From Clostridia bacterium (GTDB lineage Bacteria > Bacillota > Clostridia > Monoglobales > Firm-18), in contig JAZQIO010000006.1 of the NCBI GenBank assembly GCA_045541135.1, positions 11,512-75,511 on the forward strand: 64,000 bases of DNA. The letters run 5' to 3'. The notes under the pieces are model-generated. The model saw only the letters and a list, made by a program, of their open reading frames with translations, searched no databases and was not told the DNA's origin. Below, one piece after another: positions 47,761 through 57,212 of the stretch. Position 1 is the stretch's first letter, and every line of letters starts with the position of its first letter. Both the position numbers and the translations under genes were made by a program.

Positions 47761-48379
47761 ATTCATTTGTTTCAGCATTCGTAGTTTCTTCTTCCGCTTC
47801 AACTTCTTCTGGCTCTTCTTTAATTTTTTCTTCTGCAATTTCTCCAATAACTTCAGTGGCAGGTTTCTTTGCCGTTGCAACAAATACAAGCTGAACAACA
47901 AACAAAACAAGATGCAACATCATTATACAGTTTGCAATTTTCTGAACAACAGAAACGGCAACAGGGTTATGCACAAGACCAAAAAAGAAATAAACTGAAT
48001 CGGCATTTCCGCTGTCGGGATACAAAACATATGTCAGAACATATGTAGCGACAAAAAGCAAATTGCATACTTTAAGCTTGAGAGAATTTTCCCAAAAATT
48101 TGCTGCAACAATATTCACTGTAAAAAATACAGCAGCGTGAATAAAAGGCACAAGGAAAAGTGTCATAATAAACCTTAACCATCCTATGTTAAGAAGCCAC
48201 GAAGCCGCAACTATACCCACAGAACAAAGTGACATTATTATAACAGCCTTTTTATCCTGACATTTAGTGTTTTTAATTTTAAGTATACAAAGTACAAGAC
48301 TCCATAAAAAAATTATACAGCATAAAGCAAAAATACCTATTGCAGCATAACCAATAAGCTTAACAGGAATGTTACCCAT
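47759..48379 (-). CDS. Membrane protein of unknown function with acidic C-terminal tail
   Basis: Start set to ATG 48379 (MGNIPVKL) after AAAGGTGGT. About 6 TM segments and an EEKIKEEPEEVEAEEETT tail. The ORF opens at 48529. Confidence 0.5.
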   Translation of the reverse strand: MGNIPVKLIGYAAIGIFALCCIIFLWSLVLCILKIKNTKCQDKKAVIIMSLCSVGIVAASWLLNIGWLRFIMTLFLVPFIHAAVFFTVNIVAANFWENSLKLKVCNLLFVATYVLTYVLYPDSGNADSVYFFFGLVHNPVAVSVVQKIANCIMMLHLVLFVVQLVFVATAKKPATEVIGEIAEEKIKEEPEEVEAEEETTNAETNE

Positions 48380-48517
48380 TACAATACCACCTTTTACAAT
48401 TGTTAAAAATAGTATAACATTTATATAAATAAATTTCAATAACTTTATACAAATATACAAAAAACCAAAATTCCCAACCGAAAAACAAAGAAAAACAACA
48501 AAAACCAAAAATAATGC

Positions 48518-48546
48518 TTGCATTCCCACGAAATCTATAGTATAAT
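48518..48546 (+). promoter_or_regulatory. Candidate sigma-A promoter of fba
   Basis: TTGCAT, 17 nt, TATAAT. Confidence 0.55.
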
Positions 48547-48586
48547 AGAGTAGAAATATGTTATGTTAATCAGGAGGAAATGCATA

Positions 48587-49534
48587 ATGTTAGTAAATAT
48601 GAATGAAGTTTTGAGACCTGCAAAAAAAGGACAATACGCAGTAGGTCTTTTTAATGCAGTTAATTTAGAGCTTGCAAGAGGTATTATAAATGCCGCTGAA
48701 AGCACACGTTCACCTGTTATTATGGGTACAGCGGAGGTTTTACTTCCATACGGACCTTTAGAAGAAGTTTCATACTATCTTCTTCCTATGGCTAAAAAGG
48801 CTTCCGTTCCTGTTGTTGTACACTTAGATCACGGTCTTTCGTACGATACTTGTATAAAAGCACTTGAACTTGGCTTCAGTTCTATTATGTACGACTGTTC
48901 AACAGATTCCTACGATGATAATGTACGTAAGGTTAAGGAAATGGCAGATATTGCACATTCTTACGGTGCAACAATTGAAGGTGAGCTTGGTCACGTAGGT
49001 GATAATGAAGGCTCTGCAGAGGGCAGCAGCCATCTTGCAGACCCATCAAAATATTTTACAGATCCTAAGCTTGCAAAAGACTTTGTTGAAAAAACAGGAG
49101 TTGATGCACTTGCAATTGCAGTGGGCAATGCACATGGTGCATACAAGCTTCCTCCCAAGCTTGATTTTGAAAGAATACGCACTATCGCCAAAACAGTTGA
49201 TGTACCACTTGTACTTCATGGTGGGTCAGGTCTTACAGATGACGATTTCAGAAAAGCAATAAAAGACGGTATCAGCAAGGTAAATATTTTTACAGATATT
49301 AACGTAGCGGCTGTTAAGGCTGAATTTGAAAAATTCTCAAGTATGGATAAAGGTCTTATAGACCTTATACCTGCGGCTGTTGAAGCTGTAAAGCAGGAAA
49401 CTGCAAAAAAAATGAAGTTGTTTTCAAGTGACGGTAAAGCCGGCAATCCTGCACCGGCATTTGATTCATCGGAAATTGAAAAGATTACAAAGCTTGTTAC
49501 AGCAGAGGTATTGAAGTATTTAGGGAATTCATAA
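48587..49534 (+). CDS. fba: Class II fructose-bisphosphate aldolase
   Basis: VVVHLDHG, GELGHVG, LVLHGGSG motifs. AGGAGGA SD before ATG 48587. Roughly 30 extra C-terminal residues beyond the short-type enzymes I recall. Confidence 0.9.
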   Translation: MLVNMNEVLRPAKKGQYAVGLFNAVNLELARGIINAAESTRSPVIMGTAEVLLPYGPLEEVSYYLLPMAKKASVPVVVHLDHGLSYDTCIKALELGFSSIMYDCSTDSYDDNVRKVKEMADIAHSYGATIEGELGHVGDNEGSAEGSSHLADPSKYFTDPKLAKDFVEKTGVDALAIAVGNAHGAYKLPPKLDFERIRTIAKTVDVPLVLHGGSGLTDDDFRKAIKDGISKVNIFTDINVAAVKAEFEKFSSMDKGLIDLIPAAVEAVKQETAKKMKLFSSDGKAGNPAPAFDSSEIEKITKLVTAEVLKYLGNS

Positions 49535-49627
49535 TAATCTGTAGATAAGTGATATTCTGAAATAATATAAGGCATTGACAAAGGACAGCAACTTGAGTCG
49601 CTGTCCTTCGCCTTGCTCAACATTAAC

Positions 49628-49675
49628 AAAGCCGCCCATTCAATTATATATTGAACAGGCGGTTTAAACATTTTT
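49628..49675. terminator. Terminator hairpin between convergent fba and spoVM
   Basis: AAAGCCGCC ... GGCGGTTT stem with an inner AT-rich extension, followed by AAACATTTTT on the plus strand. Confidence 0.4.
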
Positions 49676-49728
49676 GTATGTCTGCAAAGTACTGAATATT
49701 TTATTGTAACTGCTATTTTACTATGTAA

Positions 49729-49800
49729 TCAATTCATCTTAAGAATTTTTTTAAAGAACCCTCTGAACATCTTAGGCATTTTGAACACAACAATTTTCAT
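49729..49800 (-). CDS. spoVM: Stage V sporulation protein M (23-aa amphipathic peptide)
   Basis: AAGGAGGT, 6 nt, ATG. MKIVVFKMPKMFRGFFKKILKMN resembles B. subtilis SpoVM MKFYTIKLPKFLGGIVRAMLGSFRKD. Lies downstream of thiN, as in B. subtilis. Below the ORF-track length cutoff. Confidence 0.7.
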   Translation of the reverse strand: MKIVVFKMPKMFRGFFKKILKMN

Positions 49801-49812
49801 TAAAAGACCTCC

Positions 49813-49974
49813 TTAAAATTTACGGCGTTTAGGTTTGAAAATTATACCAACCAATGCTATAATAAGTACCGACTGCACTACCACCAAAAACCATGCAGGC
49901 AGTGCCAGGGCAAGTAACACCCCAAGGCTGAATGCTGCAATAATACAGGCAATAACCATACACGAAAAAATCAA
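49813..49974 (-). CDS. Small hydrophobic protein (about 53 aa, two TM segments, KPKRRKF tail)
   Basis: GAGGAGGGG SD followed by TTG 49974 (or ATG 49959). (M)IFSCMVIACIIAAFSLGVLLALALPAWFLVVVQSVLIIALVGIIFKPKRRKF. Not in the ORF track. Confidence 0.4.
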   Translation of the reverse strand: MIFSCMVIACIIAAFSLGVLLALALPAWFLVVVQSVLIIALVGIIFKPKRRKF

Positions 49975-50020
49975 AGGCACCCCTCCTCTACTATACTATA
50001 TGAGATGGGTGCCTTTTGTG

Positions 50021-50656
50021 TTACTCCTGTGTACAGATTACGTACAAAAGTCCGGATTCTATTCTTACTTTTGCTGTGTTGTTGTAAAATTCATTGCTTA
50101 TACCAAGGCTGCTGCTCTTTAAAAGGTCACGGCCGTTAAGCTCGTACTTTAAGCCCAATGTGTATACTCCCGTTACTTTTTCAGTGCAGGGAATAAGTGA
50201 AACATAATCAAACTTTTCACGCGGTATTTCCACTTCCTTATCAACAAGGTAAATCCTGGACTTTCCGTTTAAAATAAGTGCATCCACACCTTTTTCCATA
50301 GCATATTTAAGCGCACACATTGCACCCAATGTATGGTCTATTCTTCCGCCCAGTGCTCCCAATATAAATACTGTGTCGCAACCTTGCTCCAATGCATAAT
50401 CAACACATATTTCAAGGTCAGTCTTATCCTTTTCCGCAGGATACTTAATTGTAGGAATTTCCTTAGGTACATTAACCTTAACTGAATCAAAATCACCAAT
50501 TATAATGTGCGGTACTATTCCTGTAAAATAAAGTGAATCATAACCGCCGTCAGCACAGATTATAAGGTCGTCGTCCTTTGGAACAATTCTTTTATAAAGT
50601 TTTATGTCATCGGCAGTATATTCACCTGCCGCATATATAAAAGCTCTCCTGCTCAT
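50021..50656 (-). CDS. thiN: Thiamine diphosphokinase
   Basis: 211 aa; IIGDFDS and GGRIDH motifs. Confidence 0.8.
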   Translation of the reverse strand: MSRRAFIYAAGEYTADDIKLYKRIVPKDDDLIICADGGYDSLYFTGIVPHIIIGDFDSVKVNVPKEIPTIKYPAEKDKTDLEICVDYALEQGCDTVFILGALGGRIDHTLGAMCALKYAMEKGVDALILNGKSRIYLVDKEVEIPREKFDYVSLIPCTEKVTGVYTLGLKYELNGRDLLKSSSLGISNEFYNNTAKVRIESGLLYVICTQE

Positions 50657-51312
50657 TTTACCTGTCCTCCCACTGCACTTTCACGCAGTTTTTCTGTTGC
50701 TGCAGCAATGTCATCATATTTAAAAATACCTGAGCCACTCACGATAACATCCGCACCTTCTTTTGTAAGAATATGTACATTTTCAGCAACAATACCGCCG
50801 TCTACTTCAAGCATTTTATCACCAATCATACTGCGTATAACGGAAATATTTTTAATTGCATCCTCAACCATACTCTGTCCGCCAAAGCCGGGGAATACAG
50901 TCATTTGAAGTACCATATCTGTATATTCCAGGTACGGTCTTAATTTTTCCGGGTCTGTGTCCGGGTTAAGTGCGAGACCTGAAATTTTTCCCATTTCCTT
51001 AATCTTTTTAAGGCATCCCAAAATATCGTCGTCAACTTCCACGTGAATGGTTACAATATCTGCACCGGCATTTATAAAAGGCTCTATATATTTGCTTGGC
51101 TTTTCAATCATAAGATGAACATCCAACGGAATATCCGTAACCTTTTTAAGTCCCTTTACAATGAATACACCAAAGCCTAAATTAGGCACAAAGTGACCGT
51201 CCATTACATCAATGTGAAAATAGTCTGTAACAGACTCCAACTTTTTTACATCTCTTTCCATGTTACCTACATCAACTGATAAAAGTGATGGTGATATTTT
51301 TATTTTTCCCAT
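50653..51312 (-). CDS. rpe: Ribulose-phosphate 3-epimerase
   Basis: HIDVMDGHFVPN, DVHLM, FPGFGGQ motifs. Confidence 0.9.
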   Translation of the reverse strand: MGKIKISPSLLSVDVGNMERDVKKLESVTDYFHIDVMDGHFVPNLGFGVFIVKGLKKVTDIPLDVHLMIEKPSKYIEPFINAGADIVTIHVEVDDDILGCLKKIKEMGKISGLALNPDTDPEKLRPYLEYTDMVLQMTVFPGFGGQSMVEDAIKNISVIRSMIGDKMLEVDGGIVAENVHILTKEGADVIVSGSGIFKYDDIAAATEKLRESAVGGQVK

Positions 51313-52172
51313 GTCTTAATCTCCTTTAACGCTTCATAAATCTGTTTATAACTTTCAAATCTGCTTGTTGAAATTTCACCTTTTTCTACTGCTTCTGAAA
51401 CAGCACAATCACGTGACTTTGTGCCGAAGTGATTGCAGTCTGCAAAACGGCATTTACCATCTAAAGCTGAAATTTCATTAAAATATTTTTTTACATCGTT
51501 TGCCTCGATATCTGTGATCTCCAGTATGCTGAAACCGGGTGTATCCATAACATAAGTTCCCGGCACGGGTTCGAAAAGTTCAACGTGACGAGTGGTGTGC
51601 TTGCCACGTTCAATTTTACTTACATCACCTACATCAAGTGAAAGTCCGAAACGGTTTAAAAGGCTTGATTTGCCAACACCGCTGTTACCTGCAAAGGCAG
51701 TAATTTTGCCCTTTATTTTTCCCTTAAGTTCGTCTACTCCGTAATTTGTCTTTGCACAGACGGACACAACCTTGTAGCCTGCCTTTTCATACACAGACTT
51801 TATTTCATCAGGTGATTCAAGGTCTGTTTTATTAACTGCAATCAAAACCTCTATGCCCTTACTTTCAGCACTTAAAATAAGCTTATCAATCATAAAAAAG
51901 TCGGGCTGTGGTTTTGTTGCCGCAATAACAATAACAATACATTCAATGTTTGCAACGGGAGGTCTTATAAGGATGTTTTTACGTTCCTCAATTTCCTCAA
52001 CAGCACCCTCCATTGTATTTTCATTTACAATAGTGATTTTTACTCTGTCACCTACTGTAGGTTTAATACCTTGCTTACGAAATTTTCCTCTCGCACGGCA
52101 CTCTGCAACACCCATTTCAGTAGATACATAGTAAAAACCGCCAATTCCTTTAACTATAACTCCATTTGTCAT
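51300..52172 (-). CDS. rsgA: Ribosome small-subunit-dependent GTPase A
   Basis: AVNKTDL, GNSGVGKSSLLN and the C-terminal Zn motif CRFADCNH. Confidence 0.9.
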   Translation of the reverse strand: MTNGVIVKGIGGFYYVSTEMGVAECRARGKFRKQGIKPTVGDRVKITIVNENTMEGAVEEIEERKNILIRPPVANIECIVIVIAATKPQPDFFMIDKLILSAESKGIEVLIAVNKTDLESPDEIKSVYEKAGYKVVSVCAKTNYGVDELKGKIKGKITAFAGNSGVGKSSLLNRFGLSLDVGDVSKIERGKHTTRHVELFEPVPGTYVMDTPGFSILEITDIEANDVKKYFNEISALDGKCRFADCNHFGTKSRDCAVSEAVEKGEISTSRFESYKQIYEALKEIKTWEK

Positions 52173-52174
52173 AA

Positions 52175-54163
52175 TCAGTTCCAGGTTTCCTCCAATGTCA
52201 TTGAAAGTTCGCCGTCAAAATACACATCAATGTAACTCACATTCGAAGAAGACGGCTTTGCAACATTAAATGAGAATGAAAACTCATCCTTGCTGTGTTT
52301 TTTGTAATAAATCTGAGACCCATCCTGATTTACCTTAACCAAAACAGTATCCCTGTCCTGAGGAAGATTTATTGTAATATTTTTCATCTGTGCTGCTTCT
52401 TCTGCCTTTTTAAGTGTTAAATGAATAACAGCACCCTCTGCAACTACATTGCCTTCATATACTGCTTTTTTTCCACCTACGGAATCTTCATCTTCAACAA
52501 ACATACCTGTTACAACATAATGGTCAGGTGCACCGGCTGGGTCAGTACCACCAAGGTCAAGACCGTTATTTTTCAGCCATTCCTTAGCATCCTTAAGCTT
52601 TAATTCTGTAATATTTTCCATTTTAACGCCCTTGATACCCAAATACACGGTTATTTCATCATTTTTTTCCACCATAGTATCTGCCTTGGGCTCTGTTTTT
52701 AAAACCTTGCCGATACTTTCTGTTTCGGTAACCGGCTCTTTTACAACATTGACGGTAAAGTCATAATCCTTTTCATAATTTTTAAGCTCTTTTTCATATT
52801 CCTTTTCCGTCATACTTACAAGATCAGGCATCATAAAGCTGTCAAAAGGAACTGCAACTCTTATGGTTATGGTATGTTTAGCCTTTATAGTATCTCCGGG
52901 CTTAGGATCCTGAGATAAAACAACACCTTCTTTTTGGTCGCTCTTTTCTTCAACAACTTCAATTTTAAAGTTACCGCCGTTTTCCATATCGTATTTTTCA
53001 ATAACAGCCTTGTAATCCATACCCATAAGATTAGGAGTTTCCAGAGTTTTGGTTGTACAACCGGAAAAACCGCCACCTAAAAGTCCCCACAATACAAGCC
53101 ACATAGCAAGGACAATAACCGCAAAGGATGATATAATCGCCAAAGCAACTGCTGTTTTTGTACCCTTTTCGGCAGGCTTTTTATTTTTATCGGTTGTTCT
53201 TCTTCCGTCGGTATGTACAGGTCTGCGTGCTGTACTACCCGCTTCACTATCAGGCTTATGATTAGGCTTAGGCTCGGGCTTTACAGGTTCCATTTTAATT
53301 GTATCACCATAATTAACGGGAACGTCCGGAATAATATGCTCGGATGGCTTTTGCATCGCCTTATTTAAGTCTGCAAGCATTTCTTCGGCAGACTGATACC
53401 GTAAGCTTTGTTCCTTGCTCATAGCCTTTAAAATAATTGCCTCTACAGAAAGTGGAACGGAAATATTAAATTCCTTAGGGCTTACAGGTTTTTCCTGCAT
53501 ATGCTTAATTGCAATTGCAATAGGGCTTTCTCCGTTAAAGGGAAGTATTCCTGTTATAAGCTCGTACATAACAATGCCCAAAGAGTACAGGTCACTTTTT
53601 GCATCGGTATATCCGCCTCTTGCCTGCTCCGGTGAAAAATAATGTACAGAGCCCATTGTACTTTCGCCCATATTTGTGGTTTCGTTTGTAGCCGCACGTG
53701 CTATACCAAAGTCCGTAACCTTAAGCACACCGTCATTTGTAAGAATAATGTTCTGGGGCTTTATGTCACGGTGAATAATACCGTTTTTATGTGCACGGTC
53801 AAGTGCAGAACAAATCTGTATTGCATATTCAACAGTTTCCTGCCATGAAAGCATACCGTTTGCATCAATATATTCTTTTAAAGTCTGACCCTCAACATAT
53901 TCCATAACGATGTAATGAATGTCACCGTCGTGACCAACATCATAAACATTAACAATATTAGGGCTTGAAATTGTTGCGGCAACCTGAGCTTCCTTGTTGA
54001 ATCTTTCTAAAAATTCCTTATCATTTACAAATTCGCTTTTTAAAATTTTAACTGCAACATTTCTGTTAAGCAAACGGCAATGTGCAAGGTAAACATTTGC
54101 CATACCTCCGCTGCCTATTTCTTTTAATAATTCATATCTGTTTCCCAAAATCATACCAATCAT
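52175..54163 (-). CDS. pknB: Ser/Thr protein kinase with PASTA repeats (PrkC/PknB)
   Basis: GSGGMANVY...VAVK, HRDIKPQNIL, DFGIA; one TM, then PASTA-like repeats. Start set to ATG 54163 after GGGAGGT. The ORF's upstream 16 codons lie in the repeat element. Confidence 0.9.
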   Translation of the reverse strand: MIGMILGNRYELLKEIGSGGMANVYLAHCRLLNRNVAVKILKSEFVNDKEFLERFNKEAQVAATISSPNIVNVYDVGHDGDIHYIVMEYVEGQTLKEYIDANGMLSWQETVEYAIQICSALDRAHKNGIIHRDIKPQNIILTNDGVLKVTDFGIARAATNETTNMGESTMGSVHYFSPEQARGGYTDAKSDLYSLGIVMYELITGILPFNGESPIAIAIKHMQEKPVSPKEFNISVPLSVEAIILKAMSKEQSLRYQSAEEMLADLNKAMQKPSEHIIPDVPVNYGDTIKMEPVKPEPKPNHKPDSEAGSTARRPVHTDGRRTTDKNKKPAEKGTKTAVALAIISSFAVIVLAMWLVLWGLLGGGFSGCTTKTLETPNLMGMDYKAVIEKYDMENGGNFKIEVVEEKSDQKEGVVLSQDPKPGDTIKAKHTITIRVAVPFDSFMMPDLVSMTEKEYEKELKNYEKDYDFTVNVVKEPVTETESIGKVLKTEPKADTMVEKNDEITVYLGIKGVKMENITELKLKDAKEWLKNNGLDLGGTDPAGAPDHYVVTGMFVEDEDSVGGKKAVYEGNVVAEGAVIHLTLKKAEEAAQMKNITINLPQDRDTVLVKVNQDGSQIYYKKHSKDEFSFSFNVAKPSSSNVSYIDVYFDGELSMTLEETWN

Positions 54164-54175
54164 AATCAAACCTCC

Positions 54176-54450
54176 CAGCCGAAAGATAATAATCCGAACC
54201 TCGATTTTCAAAGGTGAATTTTCGCTTTCGTTTTGTTAAAATACTCGGCAATCCGTCAGGATTACCTGCGTTTTTGCCTTACGCAACCAAAAATTTTCTC
54301 TTTAAAAATTCCTTGACCTTAAACAGATGGAATTTTGAGCAGATTATGGTGCGGAAGATGATGCAAGGCTGACACCTTGCAAAGATGACAAGCCTAAAGA
54401 TGTCGAAATTACGCTGTTTAAGGCGGATTCAGGTTACTATCTTTCGGCTA
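54176..54450. mobile_element. MITE-like non-coding element type 1, copy 2 (275 bp)
   Basis: Collinear with 34265-34540 along its full length. TIR left CAGCCGAAAGATAATAATCCGAACC, right rc TAGCCGAAAGATAGTAACCTGAATC. Lies between the stp stop and the pknB SD. Confidence 0.65.
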
Positions 54451-55134
54451 CGCCTTTATGATAACTGCGGTAATGTTATCCTTACCACCGCATTGGTTTG
54501 CCGCATCTATAAGCTTTTCAACAATTTCACTTACCTTGGTATTTGCAAGTATATCCGCAATTTCATTTTCTTCAACGTAAGAGCTTAATCCGTCACTGCA
54601 TATAAGTATGTAATCATTTTCCATAAGCTCATGTGTAACACAGTCCACAAGAATATTTTTTTCCGTACCAACCGCACGTGTAATAAGGTTACGTTGAGGG
54701 TGATACTTCGCCTGTTCCTCTGTAATTGTACCGCTGTCTATAAGTTGTTGCACAATAGAATGATCTTTAGTAATCTGTTTTAGGATACCACCGCTGTAAA
54801 GGTAAGCTCTGCTGTCGCCAACATATGCTATGTTTGCTGTAGATCCAAGTATTTCACAAAGTACAACAGTTGTACCCATACCCGAAAGACCGGGGGTTTC
54901 AACAGCCATTTTGTATACCAGGGCGTTGGCATTTATAATTGATTCTTTAAGCCCCACTCCCTGAAGCATAGACTTTTTGATTTCCTCTACTGTCACAGAG
55001 CTTGCGGTTTCACCGCCATTATGACCACCCATACCATCTGCAACAACCGCCCATTTTGCGGATTTGTCAATATAAAAGTTGTCCTGATTTGTCGCTCGTA
55101 CCAGACCAATGTCTGTAGCACCATACATTTTCAT
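54448..55134 (-). CDS. stp: PP2C-family Ser/Thr phosphatase (Stp/PrpC)
   Basis: ADGMGGHNGGE and CSDGLS motifs. The stop TAG 54448-54450 is the terminal TAG of the repeat element. Confidence 0.9.
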   Translation of the reverse strand: MKMYGATDIGLVRATNQDNFYIDKSAKWAVVADGMGGHNGGETASSVTVEEIKKSMLQGVGLKESIINANALVYKMAVETPGLSGMGTTVVLCEILGSTANIAYVGDSRAYLYSGGILKQITKDHSIVQQLIDSGTITEEQAKYHPQRNLITRAVGTEKNILVDCVTHELMENDYILICSDGLSSYVEENEIADILANTKVSEIVEKLIDAANQCGGKDNITAVIIKA

Positions 55135-55141
55135 ATAGCAT

Positions 55142-56170
55142 TTACCTCTCTGTACTGTGTTTTCGCCTTAACTGACCGCAGGATGCGGAAATGTCGCTTC
55201 CAAGTTCACGTCTTACCGTAACGGTTAACCCTCCGTTTTCAAGATATTGCTTAAAAGCCTTAACCCTTTCGGGAGTACTTTTTTTAAGTCCACTTTCTTT
55301 AACAAAATTTGCAGGAATAAGATTTATGTGACTAAGCATACCCTTAGTTATTTTCATAAGTAGATCTGCATGTTTTTTTGTATCGTTAAGCTGATTTATT
55401 AAAATATATTCAAAAGATATTCGTCTTCCCGTAACGCTTTGATAATCCCTGCAGGCTTTAATAAGATCTTCAACCTTATACTTTTTGTTTACGGGCATAA
55501 TTTTATCTCTTGTTTCGTTATCGGGTGCATGAAGTGATACAGAAAGTGTTATGGGTATATTCTCCTCTGCAAGTGTGTTTATTTTATCCACAAGCCCGCA
55601 GGTTGAAAGAGAAATGTGTCTGTAGCCTATACACATACCGTTTTCATCATTTACATTTTTCAAAAAGTTAAGAACGTTGTCGTAATTATCAAGCGGCTCA
55701 CCAATGCCCATTAAAACAATGTTTGAAATTCGTGTACCAAGGTTGCGTTGTACCGTAGCAACCTGTCCCAAAATTTCTCCTGCCGTAAGGTTTCTGCTTT
55801 TGCCTCCTATGGTAGAAGCACAAAATTTACAACCCATATTACATCCAACCTGTGTAGAAATGCAAACGGTTATACCATGCTTGTAAAACATAGCAACGGT
55901 TTCTATAATATTACCGTCATCAAGCTCCATAAGAAACTTTTTGGTTTCATCAAGCTTGGAATCAAACCTCTGCCATACTTCAACATTGCAAATATTAAAA
56001 TTTTCTTTAATTTTTTCCTTGGTTTTAGCGGATATATCCGTCATTTCTTCAAGCCTTGTAACACCTCGTGAAAACCATTTAAAAATCTGTTTTGCACGGA
56101 ATTTGGGCTCACCTATTCCAACAAGTGCATCCTGTAGCTCATCCAAGGTAAGATCGTTAAGATTTATCAT
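55142..56170 (-). CDS. rlmN: 23S rRNA/tRNA (adenine-C2)-methyltransferase RlmN (radical SAM)
   Basis: CISTQVGCNMGCKFC radical-SAM cluster motif; C-terminal CGQL. Confidence 0.9.
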   Translation of the reverse strand: MINLNDLTLDELQDALVGIGEPKFRAKQIFKWFSRGVTRLEEMTDISAKTKEKIKENFNICNVEVWQRFDSKLDETKKFLMELDDGNIIETVAMFYKHGITVCISTQVGCNMGCKFCASTIGGKSRNLTAGEILGQVATVQRNLGTRISNIVLMGIGEPLDNYDNVLNFLKNVNDENGMCIGYRHISLSTCGLVDKINTLAEENIPITLSVSLHAPDNETRDKIMPVNKKYKVEDLIKACRDYQSVTGRRISFEYILINQLNDTKKHADLLMKITKGMLSHINLIPANFVKESGLKKSTPERVKAFKQYLENGGLTVTVRRELGSDISASCGQLRRKHSTER

Positions 56171-57044
56171 TTTTACCCTCTCTGTTTTCAGTTGTTATTT
56201 TTATATCCACACCATTACATTCCACGGTAATATCTCCGTGAATATCCGTACGGTAAATTTTTGTTTTCCTTAACCGTTCAAGTATTTCTTCGTGAGGATG
56301 ACCGTAACTGTTATCTTCACCCACTTCTATTATTGCATATTCCGGATTTACTTTTTCAATAAATTTCTCTGTAGAACTTGTGGAGCTTCCGTGGTGTCCC
56401 ACCTTCAGAACATCAGCACTTAAATCCATACCGTTTTTAAGCATTTCCTTTTCGGATACCGCCTCGGCATCTCCGGTGAACAAAAACGAGCGCTCCCCGT
56501 ATGTAAGTCTTAAAACCGCGGAGTAGTCATTTGTTTCTTCGTAGCTTACACTGTTTGGTGCAACAAACATCATATTTATATTTTCTTCATCAATTACTTT
56601 AACTCCTGCTTTTGCTTTAACAACCTTTACATTTTTATCTTCAATACTGTCAAGCATATCATTAAAGATATCCGTATTTGAAGAAGCATCCGGCATATAA
56701 ATACAGCCAATTTCAAAATTATCTATTACGGCATCCATACCGCCAATATGGTCTTCATGAGGATGGGTTGCGACGGCAATATCAAATTTTTCAAAGCCAT
56801 ATTCCTTAAGTTTTTTAACCAATTCCTTTTCCGTATCGTTTTTGCCTGCGTCTATAATTACATTTCTACCATCAGGAAAGCGTATTATCTCACAGTCTGC
56901 CTGCCCTACGTCTACAAACACTACATTAAGCTCATCAATAGGTTCAAGGCTTTTGTTAAAATACGACAAGCGACTGATACAAAAAATTACTGCCGCAATC
57001 ACAAATACAATTATGCCTAAATTTCTTTTAGTGAACAGTTTCAT
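56157..57044 (-). CDS. MBL-fold metallo-hydrolase (ComEC C-terminal-domain-like) with N-terminal TM anchor
   Basis: ATHPHEDHIGG (HxHxDH) motif and VGHHGS. Confidence 0.7.
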   Translation of the reverse strand: MKLFTKRNLGIIVFVIAAVIFCISRLSYFNKSLEPIDELNVVFVDVGQADCEIIRFPDGRNVIIDAGKNDTEKELVKKLKEYGFEKFDIAVATHPHEDHIGGMDAVIDNFEIGCIYMPDASSNTDIFNDMLDSIEDKNVKVVKAKAGVKVIDEENINMMFVAPNSVSYEETNDYSAVLRLTYGERSFLFTGDAEAVSEKEMLKNGMDLSADVLKVGHHGSSTSSTEKFIEKVNPEYAIIEVGEDNSYGHPHEEILERLRKTKIYRTDIHGDITVECNGVDIKITTENREGKNDKS

Positions 57045-57210
57045 CTTTCTCTACAACCTTTATATTGTCAAGCTGACCTCTAAAATTCTTTTTTACAGCT
57101 TCTATATAAATTCTTCTTACCTCTGCCTGTCTTGCCTTTTCCTCTTCCGTAAGACCAACCTCACGTTGCTTTTTAGCAAGTGCATTTATTTCCTTTATAA
57201 CCTTTTCCAT
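57028..57210 (-). CDS. DUF896/UPF0291-family small protein
   Basis: 60 aa; INALAKKQREVGLTEEEKARQAEVRRIYI is typical of YnzC-like proteins. Confidence 0.6.
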   Translation of the reverse strand: MEKVIKEINALAKKQREVGLTEEEKARQAEVRRIYIEAVKKNFRGQLDNIKVVEKDETVH

Positions 57211-57212
57211 AA

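Noticed and set aside
52175-54211. N-terminal extension MKIEVRII(I/L)FRLG… on both pknB (to 54211) and rbfA (33911-34300), as given by the ORF track.
   Set aside because: The extra 16 codons start at a TTG inside the repeat element with no SD. Proper SD+ATG starts exist at 54163 and 34252. They are in frame at both loci only because the element-to-ATG geometry is identical.
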